Assembly: GCA_004295015.1 (NCBI GenBank) | Contig: SHNE01000050.1 | Span: forward strand, 315 to 64,314 | Reading direction: 5' to 3' | Length of the DNA: 64,000 bases | Source: Bacteroidota bacterium | GTDB taxonomy: Bacteria > Bacteroidota > Bacteroidia > AKYH767-A > 2013-40CM-41-45 | Shown here: in pieces, positions 31,993-41,557 of the stretch | Layout: every line of letters starts with the position of its first letter | How positions within the stretch are numbered: the stretch's first letter is position 1 | Notes under the pieces: generated by a model | What the model was told of the DNA's origin: nothing | Seen by the model: the letters and a program-made list of their open reading frames with translations, nothing else | Databases searched by the model: none | Translations under genes and position numbers: made by a program

Positions 31993-32024
31993 AAAAAAAA
32001 CCACAGAGCCGGTCTGTGGTTTGT
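31993..32024 (-). terminator. Rho-independent terminator after the lytic transglycosylase gene
   Basis: On the minus strand the sequence reads aaaccacagaccggctctgtggtttttttt, a 7-10 bp stem plus a T8 tract. Confidence 0.6.
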
Positions 32025-32066
32025 AAAAATTTCAGTGAATGAAGGAACATTAAAGATCCTGACTTC

Positions 32067-33665
32067 TTATCCGTTTATTAAAACTTTCAATTTGGTACCA
32101 ACCTTCAAATTATTTGAATTAAGTTGGTTTACGTCCTTAATTTGTTGCACCGTCACACCATCGTAACGCTTGGCGATATCCCAAAGTGTGTCACCGGGTT
32201 GAACTACGTGATACACAATTCTGGAATTCTGATCATTTGTATTCGAATAGGATGTTGTCTTCGGAGCTGCAGGAGTAACTGAACCTGAAGGAGTCGTTTC
32301 AGTGGATTTGGTTTCCGTGCCTGTATTAGATTTAACCGTTTTAGTAGAAACTGTTTTTTCGTCTGATTTCTTTTGTCCTTTTACATAAACGGTCAGATAG
32401 TTTCCGGCTCTCAGGTGAGAGCTGTGAAGGTTATTCCATCTTTTAAGATCAGTAACACTGCAATTATATTTGTTTGCAATTGTACCCAGATTTTCACCTG
32501 AGCGAATGTGATGTCTCTTTTTAATCTGACCACTTGTATAGCTGACTTTGCTTGCCTCCGGTTTGGAAACGGTAACAAATAGTGGGCTGGTTGTTAATTC
32601 ATTTTTCTGATAAATCTGTTCTACATTACTAAGGTAAGTATTGATTTTAGCAAGGGGGAGGCGAAGCATAGAAGGTTCTTCGCTATCAGGAATTATTCCG
32701 CGCTTGTAAACAGGATTGAGGTAAGTGAGTTGCTCCAATGGCATGTCTATAGTTGATGCAATATCACGTAAGCTCATTTTCTGATCAACCATCACAGTAT
32801 CAGTTTCAAAATAGCTGAGATCCGGCGCAATCGGCGTCAGGTTGTGTTCAGCAGAATAATTTAACAGATAGGTGACTGCAATAAAAGCCGGAACATAACC
32901 ACGTGTTTCACGCGGTAAGTATGGACTTATTTCCCAAAAAGTTTTTTTTCCTCCTGAACGTGCAATAGCGCGATTCACATTTCCGGCGCCACAATTATAC
33001 GCGGCAATAACTAAGAGCCAGTCGTCGTAGATGGCGTACATATCCTTAAAATATTCGCATGCTGCATAGGTAGCTTTTACAGGATCACGTCTTTCGTCGA
33101 TGAGGGTATTAACTTTAAGATTATACATCCGCCCGGTAGGCAACATAAATTGCCACAGCCCGGTTGCTCCCATTCTTGAAACGGCTGTCGGATTCAAAGC
33201 GCTTTCAACTATGGATAAATATTTAAATTCCAAAGGCAAGCCCTGTTCATCAAGGATTTGTTCGAACAAAGGAAAATATAATTCTGAGAGTCCCATTACG
33301 CGCTGTGTCAATGAGCGACGTTTGAGAGCGTACAGGTCCAAATATTCTTTTACCTCTGCATTGAAGGTCAAAGGAATGTCAGTCTGAATTTTTTGAATTC
33401 TCTTCGCATAAATATCATTATCATAAACGGGAATTTCGCTTCCGGAGAATTCACTTTCAGGATAACCTGTTTCCGAGCTTTCGCTCACTTTTTGGACATA
33501 GTGCAAACTAACAAGGCTATCCAGGGCTGCGATAATTGGATCGTATGTATCCTCATCAACAGGGCTTGGATTTGCTTTTTTTTGAGCAAGGGAGGTGAAG
33601 GAAAACGAAAGCATCAATGCGCAAAACACCGATGCCTTTAAAATTTTGTAAATATTGCTTTTCAT
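32067..33665 (-). CDS. membrane-bound lytic murein transglycosylase D-like protein with LysM repeats
   Basis: The SLT catalytic region reads LSIVESALNPTAVSRMGATGLWQFM. C-terminal LysM modules are present (HIRSGENLGTIANKY..., HVVQPGDTLWDIAKRY...). I chose the start at MKSNIYKILKASVF (33665). Confidence 0.85.
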   Translation of the reverse strand: MKSNIYKILKASVFCALMLSFSFTSLAQKKANPSPVDEDTYDPIIAALDSLVSLHYVQKVSESSETGYPESEFSGSEIPVYDNDIYAKRIQKIQTDIPLTFNAEVKEYLDLYALKRRSLTQRVMGLSELYFPLFEQILDEQGLPLEFKYLSIVESALNPTAVSRMGATGLWQFMLPTGRMYNLKVNTLIDERRDPVKATYAACEYFKDMYAIYDDWLLVIAAYNCGAGNVNRAIARSGGKKTFWEISPYLPRETRGYVPAFIAVTYLLNYSAEHNLTPIAPDLSYFETDTVMVDQKMSLRDIASTIDMPLEQLTYLNPVYKRGIIPDSEEPSMLRLPLAKINTYLSNVEQIYQKNELTTSPLFVTVSKPEASKVSYTSGQIKKRHHIRSGENLGTIANKYNCSVTDLKRWNNLHSSHLRAGNYLTVYVKGQKKSDEKTVSTKTVKSNTGTETKSTETTPSGSVTPAAPKTTSYSNTNDQNSRIVYHVVQPGDTLWDIAKRYDGVTVQQIKDVNQLNSNNLKVGTKLKVLING

Positions 33666-34217
33666 GATCAATTTCGAACTAATTCCGTTTTTTCTACATA
33701 AGATTCTGAAGAATTGCAAAGATATAATAACTAATAAACCAGCATCATAAGATACGTAGCATCCGGATTTAAATTCATTTAAAATCCCGAATTCCTTACG
33801 TCAGTTGATTTTTTTTAGGTCGAAAAAGGCTCAAAATCGTAGCGAAAAAGCAATATGCCATTTGATTTACCTAAAAACGGCTCTAAAACTGATTTTTTAG
33901 GGAGATTTTTCAGTCCCGCTGTCTCATTTTTTTAAATTAATCCACGATTGGTTTACGATAATTGATGGTATTTTCAATTTAGAACGAGATTTTTATTTAC
34001 AAATCAGACTTTTCAAATGTCATTGGCCAAGCTTAGAGGGGCTTTGGTGGAAGTCAGCATTGATTTTACCGAATAGATTGGACTTCAGGCAGGGGTAGGG
34101 GCTATTTTAGACATGTCTTTAATCAATGAATCTTTTGTTCTGCGCAGCATAAAAGATTAAACCACTAAAAAATTAGGAACGGGTCATCATTGGCCTCTTA
34201 AAATTAATTGAATAGCT

Positions 34218-34547
34218 ATGGAAACAGCGCTAGTGGGGCTTGCCTTGCCTAATCTAATCACAAGGTTAAAGGAATTATTAAGTGAACTCGGATTCAAAGT
34301 GCAAAGTCTTAATGATAAAAAACCTGTACTCATTGCGGAGCAAAATGGCAACTGGTACAGGAGTTCAAAACAAGTCCTTTTGCAATTCAGCAGAATGGAT
34401 GATCAAGTCACGAGAATAGATGTCACAGTCATCATCGAAAACAACAAAAAAAACCGTCGCGCCGAAGAGGTTATCGAAGAAAAAATCGTTGCGACCATCT
34501 ACGAAACTATCCACACCAGAAAAGAAACAAATTATGGGATTCGATGA
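34218..34547 (+). CDS. hypothetical small protein (109 aa)
   Basis: Open frame only; I recognise no domain. Its last 128 nt overlap the +1-frame ORF that opens at 34420. Confidence 0.4.
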   Translation: METALVGLALPNLITRLKELLSELGFKVQSLNDKKPVLIAEQNGNWYRSSKQVLLQFSRMDDQVTRIDVTVIIENNKKNRRAEEVIEEKIVATIYETIHTRKETNYGIR

Positions 34548-34794
34548 AATTACTCCGCATCTGAATAAGATCGCCACATTGTACTTGAAGAATAACAAGA
34601 GGAAGGTGGGATGGATTTACGTAGATACATTGCAAAAAAGTAATGCAGCACTTAAAGAAATTTACTTCATCAGTGTTCAGAAAGGCAAGCGATTAATTTC
34701 AGCCTTGGAAAACAATGACCTGAAAATTCTTGAACCTTTCCGCGAAGTAATTCCGGTGACGAATATTGAGAGAATTCGTTCAACGAAGGGATAA
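34534..34794 (+). CDS. hypothetical small protein (86 aa from ATG 34534; frame open from ATG 34420)
   Basis: The ATG at 34534 overlaps the stop of the upstream ORF by 14 nt. The same frame is also open from ATG 34420, which adds a Lys/Ser-rich basic N-terminus. A strong terminator follows. Confidence 0.45.
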   Translation: MGFDEITPHLNKIATLYLKNNKRKVGWIYVDTLQKSNAALKEIYFISVQKGKRLISALENNDLKILEPFREVIPVTNIERIRSTKG

Positions 34795-34842
34795 GAACTC
34801 AGACAGACGAATTAATCTTATTGAAATAATATTTATGACTTG

Positions 34843-34877
34843 ATGCAGGGAATAATTTCATCCCTGCATTTTTTTTT
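34843..34877 (+). terminator. Rho-independent terminator after the small-ORF pair
   Basis: The sequence is atgcaggga-ataatttca-tccctgcat followed by T9. Confidence 0.75.
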
Positions 34878-35279
34878 GGAATGTAGAATTTCTGTTGTCA
34901 TAATCCTGTTATCCCGGCTGTTCAATTATTGATTATTAATTACTCGATTGTTTTTTTACATCAAATAGAAAATAATTCGGTAGATTTTTAATCACCGGTT
35001 TATCATCAATAAGATTAGGGATTTAATTCAAGAGAATGAATAGCCTGAGTTTTCCTTTTTGTCAGGACATCCAGATTGTCATTTATTAGTTATTATTGAA
35101 ATGTTCGATTCAGGGTATAATTTTTCTTTCTGCTGATCGTTTCATCAATTAACACGGAATTGCCGAATTTGAGCATATTCTGACATATATTCAGCGGAAA
35201 TTGAACTTTAAAATTTGGATTGGATAATTCATATTCAATCACTTTATTTGTACAAGACTTATTTTTCAAAATTCAGGAA

Positions 35280-36221
35280 ATGATGTTCATTTTTCGAGTT
35301 GCAGTATTGCTGCTTTTGCCCTTATTAAATTTTGCCCAGCAGAATGAAGAGCCGGAGTTCAATGAGAACAGATTGCTTGAAACCGGGAGGTTCAAGGATG
35401 CTGTTAAGTATTTTTCAAAAGCTATAGCAACGGATAATACGAAGCCTGTTTACTATTATAAAAGAGCTTTAGCTTACAGGGGTATTAAGGATGTTCAACA
35501 AGCACATGATGATTTAACCACTGCGATTAAACTTGACGGTACCTATGCACTCGCCTATCTGGAGCGTGCAATGCTTTTTTCCGGTGCAAAAATGTATTCA
35601 GCATCCATAAACGATCTTGATATGGCGGTCAAGTATGCTAAGGATGACAGTGTGCTCTATCATACAATGCTTTTTCGAAGCAGCGTGCGATTAAGTATCC
35701 GCAATTTTAATGGAGCATATGAAGACAGCAAGGCCTTTTATGATCATGATAGCACAAGCCGTGACGCGTTAGTAAATATGGCCCTGTCAAAACTTGAACT
35801 CAATCAACATGATGAAGCAGTGACTTTCCTTCGAAAAATTATTGACAAGGAGAAGAATGATACGATGGCATTGCTAAACATGGGTTTTGTTTATTCAAGA
35901 ATGGAGAATTATGATTCTGCATTATATTATTTGAAGCGCACCTGCCAGCTTGATCCAAAGAATGCGTATGCATTGAGCAATCTTTCTTATGCAAAGCTTA
36001 AAGTAGGCCGACCAAGGGACGGATTAATTGACATCAACGAGTCAATAAGATATTTTCCTGAAAACTCCTACGCATTTAGAAACAGGGCGCTAATTTATCT
36101 TGAGCTAAATGAAAAAGAAAAAGCGTGTATGGATATGCGCACAGCCATCAAAAAAGGATTTACCGAAATGTATGGCACCGAAGTTTTGAATCTCATTGAC
36201 GAGAATTGCAAAGAGAAGTAG
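35280..36221 (+). CDS. secreted TPR-repeat protein
   Basis: I chose the start at MMFIFRVAVLLLLPLLNFAQQ (signal peptide). Multiple 34-residue TPR-like units follow (A..Y...A.......A..D...AI.L.P pattern). Confidence 0.7.
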   Translation: MMFIFRVAVLLLLPLLNFAQQNEEPEFNENRLLETGRFKDAVKYFSKAIATDNTKPVYYYKRALAYRGIKDVQQAHDDLTTAIKLDGTYALAYLERAMLFSGAKMYSASINDLDMAVKYAKDDSVLYHTMLFRSSVRLSIRNFNGAYEDSKAFYDHDSTSRDALVNMALSKLELNQHDEAVTFLRKIIDKEKNDTMALLNMGFVYSRMENYDSALYYLKRTCQLDPKNAYALSNLSYAKLKVGRPRDGLIDINESIRYFPENSYAFRNRALIYLELNEKEKACMDMRTAIKKGFTEMYGTEVLNLIDENCKEK

Positions 36222-36262
36222 TCCGGATTCTTTTAGAATAATTCACTATAATTTCCACCATT

Positions 36263-39200
36263 ATGAAATCTTTATTAAGTACCATCTTATTTTTCTTACT
36301 GTTAAGTGTTAATGGCATCGCTCAAACCACTCCTTCATTTCCGATGATAAATTCCGGCAAGCTTATCGAAGAAGCAGTGAAATTGCACGATGAGGAAAAA
36401 TACACTGAAGCAATTGAAAAGTACCTGAGCATTCCTGCTAACGATACGAATTATGCGTATGCCTTGTCTGAGCTATCCTTGACCTACCTGGCTTCCGGTG
36501 ACTCCCTGAAAACAATTGAGACTGCCCAAAAGGGAATACTTACGGGTAAGGAGTATCAATTGGCATTTTATTTGAATTTGGGAAATGCTTATGATTTAGC
36601 AGACAGTTTGGAAAAATCAATTGAAGCATATACCAAAGGCTCCGAAATTTTTCCTTATGCCCATAGATTTTATTATGAAATGGGAGTAGCTTATTCCAAA
36701 CACCATAACGACACAGCTGCATTCAGGTGTTTTACAAAATCCGTTAGGATGAATCCGTTCCACCCTTCAAGCCATTATCAATTGGCCAGACTTGCTGCGA
36801 GGAATAATAAATTCACTCAGGCTTTATTGGCTTACCAGATGTTTTTATTATTAGAAAGCTCTTCAAACCGATCACTCTCTGCCCTCATAGAAATCGAAAA
36901 AATTGCAGGGGGTAATTATGAAGTAAGCATGGATAGTATTGTAGCTCTGCCATCCAGCCCGGAATTGTTTTCGGATATCGAAGAGATAATCAGAAGCAAA
37001 ACCGCCTTAAATGAAAAATATAAAACCAATGTCAAATTGCAGTACCTGAGTATTGTAAAGCCTCTTCAGGCTATGAATGAAATGCTTGAATATAAAAGTT
37101 CAGATAAAGATTTCTGGATGCAGACATATGTAAATTTATTTTCTGCCCTTTGGAAGCAAGGTCATTTTGAGGGAGAAATGTACCACATATTTACCGGATT
37201 TACTGAACCGGCTGTTGTGAAAGCAATAAAGGGAAATAAGTCGAAAGTGGATAATATGATAGCTTTCGCTTCTGATTTTATGACAAAGAATGCACCAAGG
37301 GAGAACCTCGTGGTGAATGGAAAGGAGTATTCTTTACCGACACAATATTACAATAACTACTACCTCAAATCTATCGGTGAATATAACAAGCTGGCAAAGA
37401 TGAATACAGGCGAGTGGATATATTTCCATCCAAATGGGAACATTCAAAATCATATGACATATAATCAAAAAGGTAATCTTGATGGTGAATGGACATATTT
37501 TTCTCCAAATGGTTCTTTAAAAAAGAGAGCGATGTTTTCCGACGGAAAGCTTAGTGGCGTTTATGAAGCCTTTTATGCTAATGGACAACTACAGGAGAAG
37601 GAGAATTTTGTAAATGATGAAATAGAAGGACCCGTAGAGTATTATTTCTCAACCGGTGTAAAGAATGCTGAAGTACATTATAAGAAAGGTAAACGTGACG
37701 GAATAGAGAAAGTGTACTACCCGAATACCAGACTACGCCGGGAAGCAACAAGTGTGGCCGGAAATTATGAGGGATCCTATACAGAGTATTATGACAATAC
37801 GAATTTAAAGTTTGTTACATTTTTTGTTGCCGGCAAGCAAAATGGAACTCAAAAAAATTACCATGAGAATGGAGCTCTGCAGAGTGAAGGCAAATTCGTC
37901 AACGACAATCAAAGCGGTCCGTGGAAGTATTTTTTCTCAAATGGAAAACTCCAGAAAGAAGGAACTTTTGCAGATGGAAAGGAAACCGGTATCTGGATCG
38001 AATATTTTGAAAACGGCAAACATGAATCTGAAACGGAATATACCAATGGGGCAAAGAGTGGATTTTATAAAGCATTTGATGAGGATGGAATTTTGTATTG
38101 CGAAATTCAGTATTCAGCGAATGGGATAAAGAAATACAAGTATTTGGATAAAAGCGGAAAAATATTATCTCAGTCTGAGTTGAAAGGAAATAAAATTGAG
38201 TTTAAATCTTTTTATGCTGACGGAAACCCAAACACAGAAGGAAAGTTTGTGGACGGAAACCGGGAAGGCCTTTGGATTCAACGATACAGAACAGGCCAGA
38301 TTTCAAATGAAATTAATTTTAAAAAAGATAAACGACACGGTGAAGCAAAGTTTTATTACCCTAACGGTAAAATGAAGGAAACAGTCGTTTATGAAGATGG
38401 AAATCTGGAAGGCTTCTCTCAAAAGTTTTATTCAAACGGTTCTTTAAAATCAGAAGGATGGTTTGCAGGTGACGAGAGGCAGGGTATCTGGAAGTCATAT
38501 CACATTAATACTAAAATTTCTGATCTTGATTATTTTTTAAATGGAAATTACTTTGGAGCCCAGGAATCTTATGACGTTAAAGGCAGATATAACTATGGTA
38601 ATGCTTACGACATGGATCAGCTCACTATGTATTATGCAGGTTTTGATACCACGGGTAAAAAAATATTTGGAAAAGATTTTGTTAAAGGAGCCTGTGATTA
38701 TGAATCTTTTCACCTCAACGGAAAGATCAATCAGAAAACAAAGTTTGTAAATGGACGCAAGGATGGTGAGATCGTTTATTTTTATCCGAACGGGAAGAAG
38801 AATAGCATAAGTCATGCTGCATTTGGTAAACTTTCAGGCAAGGAACAGGTATTTCATTATAATGGTACCCTGGCATGGGAACGATATTATAAGAATGGAA
38901 ACAATGACAGTCTTGAGACGAAATATGATGAGACCGGAAAAATTCTGATTCAAAGACACTACCTTGATGATGAGCTTGAAGGGGAGTATACCGTTTACCA
39001 CGAAAATGGAAAAAAGCTCCGTGAGGGAAATTACCACAAGGGAGAACGGGAAGGATACTTTATTAATTATGCGATGGATGGCATCACCGTTCGCTGTAGA
39101 TTAAAATACAAGGATGGAGAGATCGTTGCGTACAGCTATCTGGATAAGTCAGGGACGTATCTCCCTGATATTCCCGTAAACCTTAAGGAGGATAAGATAA

Positions 39201-39562
39201 TTACCTACTATGCAAATGGAAATAAGTCGGCTGAAATTAATATTAAGAACACGTATTATGAAGGGAAAAGATATTACTATCATCCAAATGGAAAGCTTGA
39301 ATCGGATGATAATTTTCTAAATGACGAGTTGAATGATGTCAGCATGGATTATTATGATAACGGACAGCTGAGATCGGAAGAGCATTATGCCAATGGGGTA
39401 TTTGAAGGAACGTCTAAATACTATACCGATAAAGGAATACTGAAAAAACAAGTAAGCTATGTCTGCGATCAAAAGCAAGGATGGCAATTTGAATATGATG
39501 ACTTAACGGGAAAACTGAAAAAGAAGTTGTTTTATGTGAATGATGTTCCCTACGAGTTGTAA
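36263..39562 (+). CDS. secreted TPR + MORN-variant (YwqK-like) repeat protein, 1099 aa
   Basis: The ORF has a signal peptide and about 330 aa of TPR-like sequence. More than 20 degenerate repeats of about 23 aa follow, of the form YY.NGkl..eg.f.nGk.dG.w.. Confidence 0.8.
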   Translation: MKSLLSTILFFLLLSVNGIAQTTPSFPMINSGKLIEEAVKLHDEEKYTEAIEKYLSIPANDTNYAYALSELSLTYLASGDSLKTIETAQKGILTGKEYQLAFYLNLGNAYDLADSLEKSIEAYTKGSEIFPYAHRFYYEMGVAYSKHHNDTAAFRCFTKSVRMNPFHPSSHYQLARLAARNNKFTQALLAYQMFLLLESSSNRSLSALIEIEKIAGGNYEVSMDSIVALPSSPELFSDIEEIIRSKTALNEKYKTNVKLQYLSIVKPLQAMNEMLEYKSSDKDFWMQTYVNLFSALWKQGHFEGEMYHIFTGFTEPAVVKAIKGNKSKVDNMIAFASDFMTKNAPRENLVVNGKEYSLPTQYYNNYYLKSIGEYNKLAKMNTGEWIYFHPNGNIQNHMTYNQKGNLDGEWTYFSPNGSLKKRAMFSDGKLSGVYEAFYANGQLQEKENFVNDEIEGPVEYYFSTGVKNAEVHYKKGKRDGIEKVYYPNTRLRREATSVAGNYEGSYTEYYDNTNLKFVTFFVAGKQNGTQKNYHENGALQSEGKFVNDNQSGPWKYFFSNGKLQKEGTFADGKETGIWIEYFENGKHESETEYTNGAKSGFYKAFDEDGILYCEIQYSANGIKKYKYLDKSGKILSQSELKGNKIEFKSFYADGNPNTEGKFVDGNREGLWIQRYRTGQISNEINFKKDKRHGEAKFYYPNGKMKETVVYEDGNLEGFSQKFYSNGSLKSEGWFAGDERQGIWKSYHINTKISDLDYFLNGNYFGAQESYDVKGRYNYGNAYDMDQLTMYYAGFDTTGKKIFGKDFVKGACDYESFHLNGKINQKTKFVNGRKDGEIVYFYPNGKKNSISHAAFGKLSGKEQVFHYNGTLAWERYYKNGNNDSLETKYDETGKILIQRHYLDDELEGEYTVYHENGKKLREGNYHKGEREGYFINYAMDGITVRCRLKYKDGEIVAYSYLDKSGTYLPDIPVNLKEDKIITYYANGNKSAEINIKNTYYEGKRYYYHPNGKLESDDNFLNDELNDVSMDYYDNGQLRSEEHYANGVFEGTSKYYTDKGILKKQVSYVCDQKQGWQFEYDDLTGKLKKKLFYVNDVPYEL

Positions 39563-39616
39563 ACTATTAATTTACTGTTTAAATTAATTAATTGTCTTTG
39601 CCTGAAAAGCCCGTAA

Positions 39617-41539
39617 ATGAAGTTTAGTATTCTGAGTTTATTTTTATTCATTTCGTTTACAAGCGTCGCTCAACCAAAAGTAGACACCAAAACTATTAAG
39701 GATAATTTTCCGGAGGAGAATTTTTATGTTGTCACCGACAAAACCGATCTGGTGATATCCATAAAGGAAAACAAACTTGAGATTAAGTCCACCATCAATG
39801 TTGATTTATTGTTTCTTTCGGAGAATGCTCCCATGTATTCACGCAGGTCAATTTATTATTACGACGAAACGGAGGAAATAAGCAATGCTACGGCAGCAAG
39901 CTATCTTTCACTGGGTAATGGGAAGTATAAGAAGGTGGAAGTGGACAAAATGTATACTCATAAACCGGTTAAGAACGGAGTGTTTTACGATGACTTTAAG
40001 GAGTTGTACTTTGATTTTCCCGGGCTGAAGGAAGGCTCTCTTGCTACGATGTCCTATCAGGTTAAGGACAAGGATCCGCATTTTATTGACCCATACTTTT
40101 TTGCGAACAATAGTCCGAGCAAGGATATGGAATACTCCGTTACTTTCCCAAAAGATGTAAGACTGAAGTATGTGATGAAGGGCGATACCTCGAACATAAA
40201 ATTTTCGACTAAAGAAAGCAAGGGAATAACAACGTATACATGGAGTGTTTCAAATCAACGTTCATTTGACAAAGAACGGGAAGAAGGTAATTACAGGAGA
40301 TATGCACCACACGTCATTGTTTATATTGAATGGTATAAAATAAACAACGATACAGTTCGGGTTTTAGGCAGCCCTGATCAACTATATTCCTGGTACAGTA
40401 CCCATATTGCCGGCTTGATAAAAACTCCTGAGAAAGCTGTTAAAGTTCTAGCTGATTCACTCACTTTGGGATTGACTTCCGAGAAGGATAAAATTAAGGC
40501 CATTTATTATTGGGTTCAGGAAAACATTAAATACATCGCTTTTGAATACGGACTCGGTGGATTTATACCGCGTGATGCAGACCTGGTCAGATCTAGGCGT
40601 TATGGTGATTGCAAGGATAAATCAAGTCTATTGTATTCATTGTTAAAGGCTGCGGGTATTCCTTCTTATTTTACCTGGATTGGAACCAGAGAAATTCCTT
40701 ATTCTTATTCTGAACTTGCCACTCCGGCTGCCAATAATCATATGATTCTTGCTGTCTTAATTGATAATGAATGGGTGTTTCTTGACGGAACTTCCAGTTA
40801 TCTTCCACTTGGTTATCCCTCAGGATTTATTCAGGAGAAAGAAGCTCTAATCGGGATCACACTCGATTCGTTTGTTGTGGTTAAAGTACCCGCGATTGAT
40901 CATGAGAAGAATTTCAAATCAGATTCTGTCTCTGTCACCATAGAGGGTGAATCAATCGTAGGAAAGGGTTTCTCAAAATACGGAGGACTTTGGCGGAATT
41001 CTGTTTGCAATGCTTTTTATAATGTAGCTGAAAAGGACAAGGAAAAGGAGTTAAAGCGATTGCTTAGTATCGGAAATAATAAATGCCGTATTGATTCAAT
41101 TATGTACGCAGGACTGGATGGGTATATAGATTCACTTAGTTTTGACTATAGTATTTCCGTGCCTGACTATGCAAAGAAAGTTGAAAAAAAATTGTTCGTT
41201 AATTTAAATCTCCGGAAAACGCTACAGGATGATGAGGTCGTCATAGAGAAACGCAAAACGGAAGAACGATTTAATTTTAAGTATGTGATTGAAGACAAGG
41301 CAGTGTTAATTGTTCCTAAGGAGTATAAGGTTCTTAAGGTTCCGGAGAATAGCAGCTATCAGGGAACTGATTTTGGCTATGAAATTACCTATAAATCCTC
41401 TGAAGGAAAGGTTTTGATGCAGAAAAGAATTTACTTTAATCAGTTGACAAAAGGAGTAGAGCAATTTGTCGATTGGAATAAAATGGTTGAAAAAATCACT
41501 GATTCATATTCTCAAGTAGTAGTAGTAGAACAAATTTAA
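39617..41539 (+). CDS. DUF3857 + transglutaminase-like cysteine protease-fold protein
   Basis: The ORF has a signal peptide. The transglutaminase core triad context is YGDCKDKSSLLYSLLKAAGIP (Cys), NNHMILAV (His) and FLDGTS (Asp). Confidence 0.8.
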   Translation: MKFSILSLFLFISFTSVAQPKVDTKTIKDNFPEENFYVVTDKTDLVISIKENKLEIKSTINVDLLFLSENAPMYSRRSIYYYDETEEISNATAASYLSLGNGKYKKVEVDKMYTHKPVKNGVFYDDFKELYFDFPGLKEGSLATMSYQVKDKDPHFIDPYFFANNSPSKDMEYSVTFPKDVRLKYVMKGDTSNIKFSTKESKGITTYTWSVSNQRSFDKEREEGNYRRYAPHVIVYIEWYKINNDTVRVLGSPDQLYSWYSTHIAGLIKTPEKAVKVLADSLTLGLTSEKDKIKAIYYWVQENIKYIAFEYGLGGFIPRDADLVRSRRYGDCKDKSSLLYSLLKAAGIPSYFTWIGTREIPYSYSELATPAANNHMILAVLIDNEWVFLDGTSSYLPLGYPSGFIQEKEALIGITLDSFVVVKVPAIDHEKNFKSDSVSVTIEGESIVGKGFSKYGGLWRNSVCNAFYNVAEKDKEKELKRLLSIGNNKCRIDSIMYAGLDGYIDSLSFDYSISVPDYAKKVEKKLFVNLNLRKTLQDDEVVIEKRKTEERFNFKYVIEDKAVLIVPKEYKVLKVPENSSYQGTDFGYEITYKSSEGKVLMQKRIYFNQLTKGVEQFVDWNKMVEKITDSYSQVVVVEQI

Positions 41540-41557
41540 TCCTTTAGATCTCATCTC

